From Candidatus Eiseniibacteriota bacterium (lineage in GTDB: Bacteria > ARS69): a DNA stretch of 47,496 nucleotides. Under the pieces are notes generated by a model. The model saw nothing but the letters and a program-made list of their open reading frames with translations. It had not been told where the DNA came from and did no database searches. Each line of letters begins with the position of its first letter. The first letter of the stretch is position 1. The stretch is from NCBI GenBank assembly GCA_052390515.1, contig JBQTGV010000032.1:1-47496 (forward strand), read 5' to 3'. The position numbers were made by a program, and so were the translations under genes. Positions 28,403-38,559 of the stretch are shown in pieces.

Positions 28403-31400
28403 GCCGCCCCTCCGGTGGTCTCCGGTGTGTCCGATGAGCTCTCCGAGCGCAGCGCGCAGGTCCGAGACGCGGTACGGCTTCTCCAGGACCTTTCCCGCCC
28501 CCGCCGCGAGCGCCCTGCGCTTCTCCTCCGCGGTCGCGTAGCCCGTGGCCACGAGGACGGGGAGATCCGGCGCCAGCTCTCGCAGCTCGTGCAGCACCCC
28601 CAGCCCGTCCACCCCCGGCATCCGCAGATCCAGGATCACGAGGCCGAGGCTCGCGTACTCCTCGCGAAGCCGCCGCAACGCCTCGACGCCGTTCGCCGCG
28701 AGGTGTACCTCGTAGCCGTCCTCCTCCAGGACCAGTCGCACCATCTCGCGGAAGGCCGGCTCGTCGTCGACCACCAGGATCGGACGCCCGAAGGGCCGCG
28801 TCCCGCCGGTCGGCGCCGGCAGCGCGATCTCGAACGTCGTCCCGCGTCCCGGCGCGCTCTGCACGTCGATCGTCCCGTGATGGCGGCGGACGATCCCGTA
28901 GGCCATCGCCAAGCCGAGCCCCGTTCCCGCCTGCTCCTTCTTCGTGGAGAAGAAGGGCTCGAAGATCCGCTCGGAGACCTCGCGGGACATACCCACGCCG
29001 GTGTCGCGGATGCGCAGCATCACTCCGGCGGTCGCCTCCCCGCCGGGCAGCCTGGCCAGCTCGCCGGTCGACAGCGGCTTCGTCTCCAGCGTGAGCCGTC
29101 CGCCGCCGGGCATGGCGTCGCGCGCGTTGAGGCAGAGGTTCAGGATGAGCTGCTGCAGCTCCACCTCATCGCCCTCCACCGTGCAGATGCTGTCGTCGAG
29201 GACGTACTCGAGCTCGATCTTCTTCCCCACGCTGGTGCGGATCAGCGAGCTGACCTCCTGGATCAGGCGGTTCAGCTGCAGAGCGACGACGCGGTTCCGG
29301 CCTCCGCGGGCGAACTTCATCAGCTCCTGGGCGAGGTGCTGCGCGCGCTTCGCCGCGGTCTCGATGTCGTCGAGCTCGCCCACGATGTGCGGGTCGTCGG
29401 GGAGCTTCACGCGCAGCACGCCGGCCTTGCCCAGGATGACGCTCACGAAGTTGCCGAAGTCGTGGGCCAAGCCGCTGGCGAAGCTGCCGATGGACTCCAT
29501 CTTCTGCGCGCGGATGAGCAGCCGCTCCATCTGCGTGTCCCCCGACGCGGCGAGGATGGTCAGCACGTAGCCCGACGGCCTGCCGCCCTCGTCGGAGAGC
29601 TCGTTGGCGCGCATCCTCACCACCACGGGCTCTTCGGCGGGCGTGCGCAGCGGCATGTCCTGCGTCTCGAAGCACCGACCTTCGCGCAGACCGTCCAGCG
29701 CCGACTGTGCTTCGCGCGTCTGGAAGATGGCCAGCGAGCGCACGTCGAGCCCCAGCGGATCGGCCGGAAGCGCGTCCATGCCGCACATCGTGGCCAGCTC
29801 CGGGTTGAGCTCCAGGATGCGGAGGCGCGCGTCGACGAGGATGATGCCCACCGGGATCTTGTGGAACACCTTGCGGATCTCGCCCTGATCGCGGGGCAGG
29901 CGCGCGCCCACGATCGCCTCCAGGTTGCCCGAGGAGCCGCGCACCGCGCGGAGCCGCAGCCCGAGAGGGGAGCCGCGGGACACCAGCGTGCCGGTCCAGT
30001 CGCCGTCGCGCGCGGTCTCGCGCAGCGCGGCGAGCACTTCACGCCGGTCCGACTCGAAGAGCTCGGCGACGTGACGGCCGAGCCAATCGGAAACCGCTCC
30101 GGGATCCCTCTCCCAGCCCTCGCCCAGCTCGCGGATGCGGCCCCCGGAGTCCAGCACGAGCGTGGATGCGCCCAGGACGGAGAGCAGGGCCCGCGACCAG
30201 CGCAGCCACTGCTCGGCGGCCTCCCCGACGCGACGATCACGCAGCACGAAGAGGGTTTCCTGGTTGTCCTCCAGGAAGAGCAGCCGCACCGCGCAGGGCA
30301 CGGACTCGCCGTCGTTGGTGCGGAGCACCACCGGCCACTCCGAGCTCTCGGTGGTGCCGCGTTCCCGGCGGAGCCGCTCCCAGACCGGTCGGTCCGCGCC
30401 GGCGAAGACGAGATCCAGCGGTCGCCCGCGCACCTCCTCCTCCCCCCAGCCCAGGATCCGGGTGGCCCGCCGAGGCCAGTGCGCGACTTTCCCGTCGCGG
30501 TCCACGCGGACGATGGCGAGGTCGGACTGCTCGGCGAGCGCGCCGCTCACCTCGTCGCTCTCCACGGCCGCCACCTGCCCGCCGGCCGGGAAGGCGAAGA
30601 GCAGCAAGCCGCCTTCGCCTCGCGTCAGGACTATGTCGACCGGGCCGGCCGCCGAGGGTTCGGCGGAACCGACAGTGCGCGCCGCCGGAACCGCCACCGC
30701 TCCCTCCACCCGCACCCGATCCACGGCCGCGAGCAGGCGGGCCACATCGGGCGGCGCGAGGTAGCCGCCGGGCTCTCGCCCGACCAGCGCCTCGGGTCGG
30801 ATGCCGAGCAGGCGTCCGAAGGCGCGGGACGCCACCGTGACCCGACCGTCGCCGCCGAGTCGGGCGAAGGGGACCACGCCCCACGAGGGATCGGCGTCGG
30901 CGGCCTGCGGAGCCGCGCCGGCGTCGCGGGTGAGCTCGAGCACCGGCTCGGGCTCACCCCGAGCGAGCCGATTGGCAAGCCAGGACGCGAACGCCGCCGC
31001 GAAGGTCTCGAGCGCCCGCCGATCCGGGGGACCGAACGGACTCTCCGAGGTCGAGGCCAGGACCAGCGCCCCGTCCGGGTCGGCCACGGGCCCCAGGGGG
31101 AGGGTCAGCAGGGCGGTGACGCCCGACCGCTTCAGGACCGAGTCGATGTGGCCGGGAGGGTCGTGGAGCCGCTCGTGCAGGAGGCCGGCCTGCAGACGCG
31201 CTCGCACGTCGGCGCTGCTCTGCGCTTCCCAGGAAGTGATCCAGCCGCCCGGAAGCCCTCGCGAGGCCAGGATGCGGGCGGAATCACCCGCACGCAGCGC
31301 CACGAGGCCCCCGGAGACACCGTACGCCCCGAGGAGCCCGTTCAGGAGGTACCGGGCGCCCTCCCCCGGCTCCACCGCGGCAAAGACCCAGCTCAGGACC

Positions 31401-31483
31401 TCCAGAGGCCCCTGGGGTTCGGCGGTCTGGGCAGGCACAGCCGTCGGAGACTCCGAAAGTCCTCGCGGACCGGATTCCGTCAA
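28382..31483 (-). CDS. Hybrid sensor histidine kinase/response regulator with GAF-like and multiple PAS domains
   Basis: AHDFGN H-box, NLCLNARDAM, DTGVGM, GTGLGL, and receiver motifs ILVVDDE..DLRMP..KPY. Start is probably TTG 31483 (GAGAGGAA upstream), because ATG 31603 precedes the rplQ terminator. Confidence 0.9.
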   Translation of the reverse strand: MTESGPRGLSESPTAVPAQTAEPQGPLEVLSWVFAAVEPGEGARYLLNGLLGAYGVSGGLVALRAGDSARILASRGLPGGWITSWEAQSSADVRARLQAGLLHERLHDPPGHIDSVLKRSGVTALLTLPLGPVADPDGALVLASTSESPFGPPDRRALETFAAAFASWLANRLARGEPEPVLELTRDAGAAPQAADADPSWGVVPFARLGGDGRVTVASRAFGRLLGIRPEALVGREPGGYLAPPDVARLLAAVDRVRVEGAVAVPAARTVGSAEPSAAGPVDIVLTRGEGGLLLFAFPAGGQVAAVESDEVSGALAEQSDLAIVRVDRDGKVAHWPRRATRILGWGEEEVRGRPLDLVFAGADRPVWERLRRERGTTESSEWPVVLRTNDGESVPCAVRLLFLEDNQETLFVLRDRRVGEAAEQWLRWSRALLSVLGASTLVLDSGGRIRELGEGWERDPGAVSDWLGRHVAELFESDRREVLAALRETARDGDWTGTLVSRGSPLGLRLRAVRGSSGNLEAIVGARLPRDQGEIRKVFHKIPVGIILVDARLRILELNPELATMCGMDALPADPLGLDVRSLAIFQTREAQSALDGLREGRCFETQDMPLRTPAEEPVVVRMRANELSDEGGRPSGYVLTILAASGDTQMERLLIRAQKMESIGSFASGLAHDFGNFVSVILGKAGVLRVKLPDDPHIVGELDDIETAAKRAQHLAQELMKFARGGRNRVVALQLNRLIQEVSSLIRTSVGKKIELEYVLDDSICTVEGDEVELQQLILNLCLNARDAMPGGGRLTLETKPLSTGELARLPGGEATAGVMLRIRDTGVGMSREVSERIFEPFFSTKKEQAGTGLGLAMAYGIVRRHHGTIDVQSAPGRGTTFEIALPAPTGGTRPFGRPILVVDDEPAFREMVRLVLEEDGYEVHLAANGVEALRRLREEYASLGLVILDLRMPGVDGLGVLHELRELAPDLPVLVATGYATAEEKRRALAAGAGKVLEKPYRVSDLRAALGELIGHTGDHRRGGLTEAGS

Positions 31484-31570
31484 TGGTTCCTCTCGGGCCC
31501 GGGCGCGCGACTCCCGGGCGCTTCCCCTCTCATCGGGCCGCTCTCGAGGCGGAATGAGGGGGAGGGAGCG

Positions 31571-31598
31571 AAAAGACCCCGGGCGGCTGCCCGGGGTC
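31571..31598 (-). terminator. Intrinsic terminator of the ribosomal superoperon
   Basis: GACCCCGGGC-agcc-GCCCGGGGTC-TTTT about 30 nt after the rplQ stop. Confidence 0.85.
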
Positions 31599-31630
31599 CT
31601 CATCGATGAGATTCCGATCGGAGAACGGCC

Positions 31631-32200
31631 TCAGTCGCCGCTGGGGCCGGCCTTCCGGCGCTGGGCCCGCTGGCCCGGGCTCCGCGGGGCAGGCGCCTTG
31701 GGGCCGCCCCGCCTTCCCGGAGCGCCCTTCTTCTTCTTCTCGGGGGTCGATTCTCCCGCTGCACGGCGGCCGGCGGGCTTCGCCTTCCGGCCCTCGGCCT
31801 TCTTGCCCGAGGTCTCCTCGGCCGCGACCGGAGGCGCCACGACCTTCCGCTCGACGAGCTCGAGAATCGACATCGGGGCGTTGTCGCCCGGGCGGAAGCC
31901 GGTCTTCAAGATCCGCGTGTATCCGCCCGGCCGCTCCGCGAACCGCGGGCCGATCTCGGCGAACAGCTTCTTGAGGACGTCGTTGTCACGGACGACCCGC
32001 GCCGCCTGCCGGCGGGCGTGGATGTCCCCCCGCTTGGCGAAGGTGATGACGCGCTCGGCCACGCGGCGAACTTCCTTCGCCCTGGGCACGGTGGTGACCA
32101 CCTGCTCCTCCCGGAAGAGCGACGTGACCATGTTGCGGAACATCGCCTTGCGATGGGCCGCGGTTCTCCCGAGCTTGGAAACGCTTTTCCGGTGTCTCAT
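31631..32200 (-). CDS. rplQ: 50S ribosomal protein L17 with long basic C-terminal extension
   Basis: MRHRK..KLGRT..HRKA and [16 protein letters not shown]. Confidence 0.98.
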   Translation of the reverse strand: MRHRKSVSKLGRTAAHRKAMFRNMVTSLFREEQVVTTVPRAKEVRRVAERVITFAKRGDIHARRQAARVVRDNDVLKKLFAEIGPRFAERPGGYTRILKTGFRPGDNAPMSILELVERKVVAPPVAAEETSGKKAEGRKAKPAGRRAAGESTPEKKKKGAPGRRGGPKAPAPRSPGQRAQRRKAGPSGD

Positions 32201-32258
32201 CGTCTCTCACTCCGCATCGGCCGCGCAGCGAAGCCGCTCGGCTCCGCCCCGCGATCCG

Positions 32259-33287
32259 TCAGACCGTGGCCTCTTGCTCGGGGGTTTCGGTCCGGACGCG
32301 CTCCTGCGGCGCTCCGAGCCACTTGGACACGTCCATTCCGAAGGACAGGTTCATCCCCACCAGGATCTCCTGGATTTCCTTGAGGGACTTGCGGCCGAAG
32401 TTCCGCTGCTTGAGCATCTCCGCCTCGCTCTTCTGCACCAGCTCGCCGATCGTCCGGATGTTCGCGGACGTCAGGCAATTGCTGGAGCGAACGGAGAGCT
32501 CGAGCTCGTCGACCGACCGGGCGAGCAGCTCGCGCATGCGCTCGAACTCCTCGTCGTAGTGCTCCTCCTCGACGATCTCCGGCTCCTCGTCGAAGTTGAT
32601 GAAGATCATCACGTGATCCTTCATGATCTTCGCGGCGTGGGCGACCGCGTCCACCGGGCTGACCGAGCCGTCCGTCCAGATCTCCATGTTCAGCTTGTCG
32701 TAGTCCGTGCGCTGCCCGACGCGGGTGGCCTCGACGTTGTAGCGCACCTTGATCACCGGACTGAACAGCGAGTCCAGCATGATCGTGCCGAGGGGCTGCT
32801 CGTCCAGGCGATGCTGCTCCGCCTGCACGTAGCCGCGGCCGCACATCACGCCGACTTCCATGGCCAGCTTCGCGCCCTTGTTCACCGTGGCGACGTACTG
32901 GTCCGGGTTGAGCAGCTCGACGTCCGGCTCGAACACGAAATCTCCGCCGGTCACGTGCTTCTCGCCCTCGACCTCGAGGCGGCCCTTGCGGATCTCCTCG
33001 CCGTCGTAGCGGAACTGCAGGCTCTTGAGGTTCAGCACCAGCTCGGTGACGTCCTCGCGGACGCCGGGAACGGTGGAGAACTCGTGCTCCACTCCCTCGA
33101 CGCGTGTGAACACCGCGGCCGATCCCTGCAGGCTGGACAGCAGGACGCGCCGCAGGGAGTTCCCGATCGTCGTCCCGAATCCCTTCTCCAAGGGCTGAAC
33201 GGTGAGCTTCCCGTAGTTCCCGGTGAGCGTCGTCTCGTCGAAGTCGACGCTTCGCGGCATGGTCAGGGGTCTCCACTTCATCGACAT
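32259..33287 (-). CDS. rpoA: RNA polymerase subunit alpha
   Basis: PLEKGFGTTIGNSLRRVLLSS and ELELSVRSSNCL..NFGRKSL; AGGAG RBS before ATG 33287. Confidence 0.98.
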   Translation of the reverse strand: MSMKWRPLTMPRSVDFDETTLTGNYGKLTVQPLEKGFGTTIGNSLRRVLLSSLQGSAAVFTRVEGVEHEFSTVPGVREDVTELVLNLKSLQFRYDGEEIRKGRLEVEGEKHVTGGDFVFEPDVELLNPDQYVATVNKGAKLAMEVGVMCGRGYVQAEQHRLDEQPLGTIMLDSLFSPVIKVRYNVEATRVGQRTDYDKLNMEIWTDGSVSPVDAVAHAAKIMKDHVMIFINFDEEPEIVEEEHYDEEFERMRELLARSVDELELSVRSSNCLTSANIRTIGELVQKSEAEMLKQRNFGRKSLKEIQEILVGMNLSFGMDVSKWLGAPQERVRTETPEQEATV

Positions 33288-33384
33288 GGTGGATCTCCTT
33301 CCTTCCATTGGAGAGCCCGGCTCCTCGATCCTCGACGGGATCTTCTGCCGGAGTCTCCGGCGCTGTTCGCGCCGAGTTCACACG

Positions 33385-34014
33385 CTACTTCGAGTAGAGC
33401 TCCACGATCAGCTGCTCGTTCAGCGGCACGGGGATCTGCTCCCGGCTCGGACTGGAGAGCACCGATCCGGCCAGGCTCTCCTTGTCCACGTTCAGCCAGC
33501 TCACCAGCGAGCTCGGATCCCGCGAATCCAGGGAGGCCTTGACCACGTCCAGCTTGCGGCTGTTCTCCCGCATGGCGATCCGATCCCCCGGCTTGCACTG
33601 GTAGGACGGAATCGTCACCGTCCTGCCGTTCACCGAAAGGTGGCGGTGCAGCACGAGCTGCCGGGCCTGCGAGCGCGACGAGGCCATCCCCAGGCGGAAC
33701 ACGAGATTGTCCAGCCGCATTTCCAGCATGCGCAGCAGGTTCTCGCCGGTCACGCCCTTCATGCCGGTCGCGCGGCGGTAATAGCCCCGGAACTGTCGCT
33801 CGAGGACTCCGTACATGCGCCGCGCCTTCTGCTTCTCGCGCAACTGAACGCCGTAGTCGGACACCTTGCGGCGCATGCTCTGACCGTGCACGCCGGGCGG
33901 GTAGTTGCGCCGCTCGATCGCGCACTTCAACGTGAGACAGCGGTCGCCCTTGAGGAAGAGCTTCACGCCCTCCCGCCGGCATTGCCTGCACTTCGGATCG
34001 ATGTTTCGTGCCAT
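33385..34014 (-). CDS. rpsD: 30S ribosomal protein S4
   Basis: CRQCRREG.KLFLKG.RC, LREKQK and IVELYSK. Confidence 0.98.
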   Translation of the reverse strand: MARNIDPKCRQCRREGVKLFLKGDRCLTLKCAIERRNYPPGVHGQSMRRKVSDYGVQLREKQKARRMYGVLERQFRGYYRRATGMKGVTGENLLRMLEMRLDNLVFRLGMASSRSQARQLVLHRHLSVNGRTVTIPSYQCKPGDRIAMRENSRKLDVVKASLDSRDPSSLVSWLNVDKESLAGSVLSSPSREQIPVPLNEQLIVELYSK

Positions 34015-34024
34015 CTCTCTACCC

Positions 34025-34426
34025 CTAGTTCCGGCGGCGCTTCTTCGGGCGGCAGCCGTTGTGCGGAATCGGCGTGACGTCCCGAATGGCCGAAATGTCC
34101 AGACCGGCGATCGTCAGCGAGCGAATGGCCGCTTCCCGGCCTGCGCCGGGGCCGCGGACGCGGACCTCGACGCGCTTCATGCCCAGCTCCAGGGCCTCCT
34201 TGGCAGCTTTCTCCGCGGCCAGCTGCGCCGCGAAGGGCGTGCTCTTGCGCGAGCCCTTGAATCCCATCTTGCCCGCGGAAGCCCACGACACCACGTCACC
34301 CTTCGTGTCCGCGATGGTGACGATGGTGTTGTTGAAGGTGCTCATCACGTGGGCGATGCCCACGGCCTCGACCTTCCGGTCCTTCTTCTTGCGCTTCGGC
34401 TTCGGTTTGGTGGTGGCTTCCGCCAA
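34025..34426 (-). CDS. rpsK: 30S ribosomal protein S11 (TTG start)
   Basis: [22 protein letters not shown] and [12 protein letters not shown]. Confidence 0.98.
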   Translation of the reverse strand: MAEATTKPKPKRKKKDRKVEAVGIAHVMSTFNNTIVTIADTKGDVVSWASAGKMGFKGSRKSTPFAAQLAAEKAAKEALELGMKRVEVRVRGPGAGREAAIRSLTIAGLDISAIRDVTPIPHNGCRPKKRRRN

Positions 34427-34459
34427 CGTTCCTCTCCTTTACTTCTCCGCTACTCTTGC

Positions 34460-34834
34460 TTACTTCGCCTTCTTGCGCAGGCCGGAGCCCTTCTTCGGCC
34501 CCTTTCGCGTGCGCGCGTTCGTGGACGTGCGCTGTCCGCGCACGGGCAGGCCGCGGCGGTGACGGAGCCCACGGTAGGAGCCGATGTCCATCAACCGCTT
34601 GATGTTCATCGACACCTCGCTTCGCAGCGAGCCCTCCACCTTGTAATTGCCCTCGATCTCCGAGCGGATCTTCGCCGTGTCGGATTCGGGCAGGTCCTTG
34701 GCCCGGATGCTCGGATCGACGCCGGTCTTCTCCAGGATCCGCCGCGCGCTGGTGCGGCCGATCCCGTAGATGTACGTCAGCGCGATTTCCATCCGCTTGG
34801 TCGGGGGCAGATCGATTCCGGCGATGCGCGGCAT
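34460..34834 (-). CDS. rpsM: 30S ribosomal protein S13
   Basis: RIAGIDLP and [25 protein letters not shown]. Confidence 0.98.
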   Translation of the reverse strand: MPRIAGIDLPPTKRMEIALTYIYGIGRTSARRILEKTGVDPSIRAKDLPESDTAKIRSEIEGNYKVEGSLRSEVSMNIKRLMDIGSYRGLRHRRGLPVRGQRTSTNARTRKGPKKGSGLRKKAK

Positions 34835-34849
34835 CTCTTACTCCTTGGA

Positions 34850-34975
34850 CTAGCTTCGCGTCAGCTGGCGCTGCTTGTGACGCGGGTTGGCCTTGCAGAT
34901 CACCCGCACGACGCCGTGGCGCTTCACGATCTTGCACTGGTTGCAGATCTTCTTCACCGACGTCCGAGACTTCAT
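34850..34975 (-). CDS. rpmJ: 50S ribosomal protein L36 (Zn-binding form)
   Basis: Manual translation [41 protein letters not shown]; position between infA and rpsM. Confidence 0.93.
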   Translation of the reverse strand: MKSRTSVKKICNQCKIVKRHGVVRVICKANPRHKQRQLTRS

Positions 34976-34988
34976 GATTCGCTCCGAC

Positions 34989-35207
34989 TCACTTGTAGCG
35001 GTAGACGATGCGACCGCGGGACAGATCGTAAGGCGAGAGCTCCACGGTCACCTTGTCCCCCGGCAGGATCTTGATGAAGTTCATCCGCATCTTCCCCGAG
35101 ATATGTGCCAGCACGCGGTGCCCGTTCTCCAGCTCGACCCGGAAGCTCGCGTTCGGCAACGGCTCGACCACGGTTCCCTCGACCTGGATGCCCTGCTCCT
35201 TCGCCAT
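34989..35207 (-). CDS. infA: Translation initiation factor IF-1
   Basis: [45 protein letters not shown]. Confidence 0.98.
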   Translation of the reverse strand: MAKEQGIQVEGTVVEPLPNASFRVELENGHRVLAHISGKMRMNFIKILPGDKVTVELSPYDLSRGRIVYRYK

Positions 35208-35974
35208 CAGAACCCCTGCTCGGCCACCGCGCCCTCGGTGAGGATCATCGGACCCTCCTCGGTGACGGCGACGGTGTGCTCGAAGTGCGCCGAGAGCGAT
35301 CCATCCCGCGTCACGACGGTCCACTTGTCCGGCAGGATCTCGACGTCGGCGCTACCGGCGTTCACCATCGGCTCGATGGCGAGCGCCATTCCCGGGCGAA
35401 GCACCGGCCCCTGGCCGGGGCTCCCGAAGTTGGGGACCTGCGGGTCCTCGTGCATGGACCGGCCGATCCCGTGGCCGACGAGGCTCCTCACCACCGAGAA
35501 GCCGGCACTCTCCACGTGCTGCTGGACCGCCCACGAGACGTCGCCGATGCGGTTCCCGGCCTTCGCGTGGCCGATCCCCGCATAGAGCGCGCCGCGCGTG
35601 ACCTCGAGCAACCGCCGCACCTCCTCCGAGGGTTCCCCCACGGGAAGGGTCTGGGCGGCATCCGCGTAGAATCCCAGAGCTTCGACCCCGATGTCCACTC
35701 CTACGATGTCCCCGGTCTCCAGGACCCTCTGGCCCGGAATCCCGTGGACGACCTCGTCATTGACCGAGGCGCACACCGAGGCCGGAAAGCCACGATACCC
35801 CTTGAACGCGGGCCGTCCACCCCTCTCGCGGATGTACTCCTCGACGATCCGGTCCAGCTCCCCGGTTGTCAGGCCCGGGCGAAGGACCTCGCGGACCTTC
35901 CGGTGGGCGCCGCTGACGATTTCCCCGGGGTGCTGCATCTCCCGGACTTCCTTCGGGGACTTCAGCAGGATCAT
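35207..35974 (-). CDS. map: Methionine aminopeptidase type I
   Basis: [26 protein letters not shown] and SAHFEHT. Confidence 0.98.
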   Translation of the reverse strand: MILLKSPKEVREMQHPGEIVSGAHRKVREVLRPGLTTGELDRIVEEYIRERGGRPAFKGYRGFPASVCASVNDEVVHGIPGQRVLETGDIVGVDIGVEALGFYADAAQTLPVGEPSEEVRRLLEVTRGALYAGIGHAKAGNRIGDVSWAVQQHVESAGFSVVRSLVGHGIGRSMHEDPQVPNFGSPGQGPVLRPGMALAIEPMVNAGSADVEILPDKWTVVTRDGSLSAHFEHTVAVTEEGPMILTEGAVAEQGF

Positions 35975-36549
35975 CGCGCGGCCCTCCGGGGCGCGTCGGT
36001 GATCTCCCGGATGCGGTCCCGGATCTCCTGGACCGTGCCCGTTCCGTCGATGCGCCGGACCAGCCCCCGCTCTTCGTAGTAAGCCACCAGCGGCGCCGTC
36101 TGCTCCTCGTAGACCCGGAGGCGGTTCCGGACCGTCTCCTCGGTGTCGTCGGAGCGGCCCTGGTCGGCGGCCCGCCCGGCGATCCTTCGCACCAGCTCGT
36201 CCTCCGGCACCTCGAGATCCAGGACTCCGGCGAGGCTCTGTCCGATCTCCCGCAGCATCCCGTCGAGGCTCTTGGCCTGGGCCCGGTTCCTCGGGTATCC
36301 GTCCAGGATGCAGCCGCGGGAGGCGGCCCCGGTCAGCGTCTCGCGGACCATGCCGAGGATCAGCTCGTCGGGCACCAGCTCCCCCGCTTCCATGAACGAC
36401 TTGGCCTTGCGGCCGAGTTCGGTCCCCTGGGCCACCGCTCGCCGGAGCAGGTCCCCCGTCGACACGTGCGGCACGGCGAGGTGCTCCGCCAGGAGCTTCG
36501 CCTGCGTTCCTTTCCCGGCACCGGGAGCGCCCAGCAGGATCCAGATCAT
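35971..36549 (-). CDS. adk: Adenylate kinase (short form, no large LID)
   Basis: GAPGAGKGTQA, STGDLLR, LDGYPR and GRSDD; ATG 36549 overlaps the secY stop. Confidence 0.97.
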   Translation of the reverse strand: MIWILLGAPGAGKGTQAKLLAEHLAVPHVSTGDLLRRAVAQGTELGRKAKSFMEAGELVPDELILGMVRETLTGAASRGCILDGYPRNRAQAKSLDGMLREIGQSLAGVLDLEVPEDELVRRIAGRAADQGRSDDTEETVRNRLRVYEEQTAPLVAYYEERGLVRRIDGTGTVQEIRDRIREITDAPRRAAR

Positions 36550-37853
36550 CGCCGACCCCGCAGCCGTCCCTTCTTCAGGAAGCCGTCGTAGTGCCGCATC
36601 AAGAGGTGGCTCTCGATCTGCTGGAGCGTATCCAGCGCCACGCCGACCACGATCAGGAGGCCCGTGCCGCCGAAGAAGAAGGGCACGGCCAGCTGGTCGA
36701 TCAGCACGAACGGCAGGATGGCGATCGCCGCCAGGAAGATCGCTCCGGGCAGCGTGATGTGCGTCATGATGCGATCGATGTACTCGGCGGTGCGCTTCCC
36801 GGGACGGATGCCGGGGATGAACCCGCCGTGCTTCTTCATGTTGTCCGCCAGATCGGTGGGATTGAACATGATGGCCGTGTAGAAGTAGGCGAAGAACACG
36901 ATGATCGCCGAGTAGATGAGGGAGTGCACCACAGTCCCGAACCTCAGATTGGCGGCCATGCCCTGGATCCATTCGCTGTTCGGCCAGTACAGCGCGAGCG
37001 TGCTCGGGAACATGATGAACGACTGGGCGAAGATGATGGGAATCACGCCGGCGGTGTTGACGCGCAGCGGAATGTGCGTGCTCTGTCCGCCGTACACCTT
37101 CCGCCCCACCACCCGGCGGGCGTACTGCACCGGAATGCGGCGCTGCCCCTGGGTGATGAGGATCACCGCGGCGATGATGCCGACCATGAACGCGAGCACG
37201 ATGAGCAGCACCCCGACGTGCAGCGCGCCGCTCATGACCAGTCGCACCGTGTTGGCCGCGTCGGCCGGATAGCTCGCGACGATGCCGATGAAGATGATCA
37301 GGGAGATCCCGTTACCGATGCCCCGCTCGGTGATCTGCTCGCCGAGCCACATCGTGAAGACGGTGCCGGAAACGAGCGTGATCACGGTGGTGAACTCGAA
37401 CATGATGCCCGGATGCAGCACCACGGTCCCGCCCGACATCCCTTCCAGGAACTTGGCCACGCCGAAACCCTGGATGATGGCCAGCAGCACCGTCCCGTAG
37501 CGCGTGTACTGCGTGATCTTCTTGCGGCCCGACTCGCCCTCCTTCTGCAGCTTCTCGAAGTAGGGGACCACCGCGGTCAGCATCTGAAAGATGATCGACG
37601 CCGAGATGTACGGCATGATCCCCAGAGCGAAGATCGTCGCCTGGGAGAGATTGCCGCCGACGAACATGTCGTAGAGCCCGAAGAGCGAGCCCTCCTGCTG
37701 GGCGAAGAACGCGCGCAACGCGTCGCTGTTGATGCCCGGCGTGGGGACGTGGCCGCCCAAGCGGTAGATGCACAGCATCCCCAGCGTGAAGAGAACACGT
37801 CTCTTCAGCTCGGGAATCTTGAAGATGGCCGTGATCTTGTCGACGAATGCCAT
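36546..37853 (-). CDS. secY: Preprotein translocase SecY
   Basis: IFALGIMPYISASII, WLGEQITERGIGNGISL, FIPGIRPG and GGTGLLIVVGV. Confidence 0.99.
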   Translation of the reverse strand: MAFVDKITAIFKIPELKRRVLFTLGMLCIYRLGGHVPTPGINSDALRAFFAQQEGSLFGLYDMFVGGNLSQATIFALGIMPYISASIIFQMLTAVVPYFEKLQKEGESGRKKITQYTRYGTVLLAIIQGFGVAKFLEGMSGGTVVLHPGIMFEFTTVITLVSGTVFTMWLGEQITERGIGNGISLIIFIGIVASYPADAANTVRLVMSGALHVGVLLIVLAFMVGIIAAVILITQGQRRIPVQYARRVVGRKVYGGQSTHIPLRVNTAGVIPIIFAQSFIMFPSTLALYWPNSEWIQGMAANLRFGTVVHSLIYSAIIVFFAYFYTAIMFNPTDLADNMKKHGGFIPGIRPGKRTAEYIDRIMTHITLPGAIFLAAIAILPFVLIDQLAVPFFFGGTGLLIVVGVALDTLQQIESHLLMRHYDGFLKKGRLRGRR

Positions 37854-37859
37854 CGCGAC

Positions 37860-38342
37860 CTACTCTTCGCCCTTTCCGGGAGCGGCCGTTCCCGACCACT
37901 CGACCAGCTCGATCGAGCCGCCCTTCGCCTCGATCTTGCTCCGCGCGGAGCCGCTCACGGCGTGCACGCGGACGCGCCAAGCCGCGCCGACGTCGCCGCG
38001 GGCCAGGATCTTCACGCGCGGCGCCGGCCCGTTCACCAGACCGGCGGCGCGCAGGGACTCGACGGTCACCTCGCTCCCCGCTTCGAGCCGCTCGAAATCG
38101 TCCAGGTTGACGACCGAGTTCTCGACCCGGTTCCTGGGCGCGAAGCCGCGCTTGGGAATCCGGCGGTACAGGGGCATCTGTCCGCCCTCGAACCAGGCCT
38201 TCATGCCGCCGCCCGAACGCGAGTTGTGTCCCTTCATGCCCTTCGTGGCGGTCTTGCCGTGTCCCGAGCCCGGACCGCGGCCCACGCGCTTGTTCTTACG
38301 ACGTGCTCCCGGATCCGGCTTCAGATTGTTGAGCTGGAACAT
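37860..38342 (-). CDS. rplO: 50S ribosomal protein L15
   Basis: RVGRGPGSGHGKT and FEGGQMPLYRRIPKRGF. Confidence 0.98.
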   Translation of the reverse strand: MFQLNNLKPDPGARRKNKRVGRGPGSGHGKTATKGMKGHNSRSGGGMKAWFEGGQMPLYRRIPKRGFAPRNRVENSVVNLDDFERLEAGSEVTVESLRAAGLVNGPAPRVKILARGDVGAAWRVRVHAVSGSARSKIEAKGGSIELVEWSGTAAPGKGEE

Positions 38343-38368
38343 CGCTTCCTCTTCCCGGCGCGGCGCGC

Positions 38369-38557
38369 CTAGCCCTCGAGTTCCTCGACCCGGATGAGAT
38401 GCCTGACGGTGTCGATCATCCCGCGGATGGCCGGCGTGTCGTCGTGCTCCACCGTGTGGTGCAGCCTGCGAATGCCCAGCGCGCGGATGGTCAGGCGCTG
38501 GTTCTTCTTCCGGCTGATCGCGCTCCGGATCTGCGTGACCTTGAGCCGCTTGGCCAT
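38369..38557 (-). CDS. rpmD: 50S ribosomal protein L30
   Basis: LKVTQIRSAI..ALGIRR..TVEH.DTPAIRGMI. Confidence 0.96.
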   Translation of the reverse strand: MAKRLKVTQIRSAISRKKNQRLTIRALGIRRLHHTVEHDDTPAIRGMIDTVRHLIRVEELEG

Positions 38558-38559
38558 GA

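Noticed and set aside
31484-31603. Hybrid kinase start at ATG 31603
   Set aside because: It lies upstream of the rplQ terminator hairpin and has no RBS; TTG 31483 fits better.
28301-33542. Long plus-strand ORFs (1102 aa, 913 aa) and the many similar shadow ORFs across the window
   Set aside because: They are antisense or alternate-frame shadows of clear genes, expected from stop-codon scarcity at high GC, and carry no recognisable motifs.
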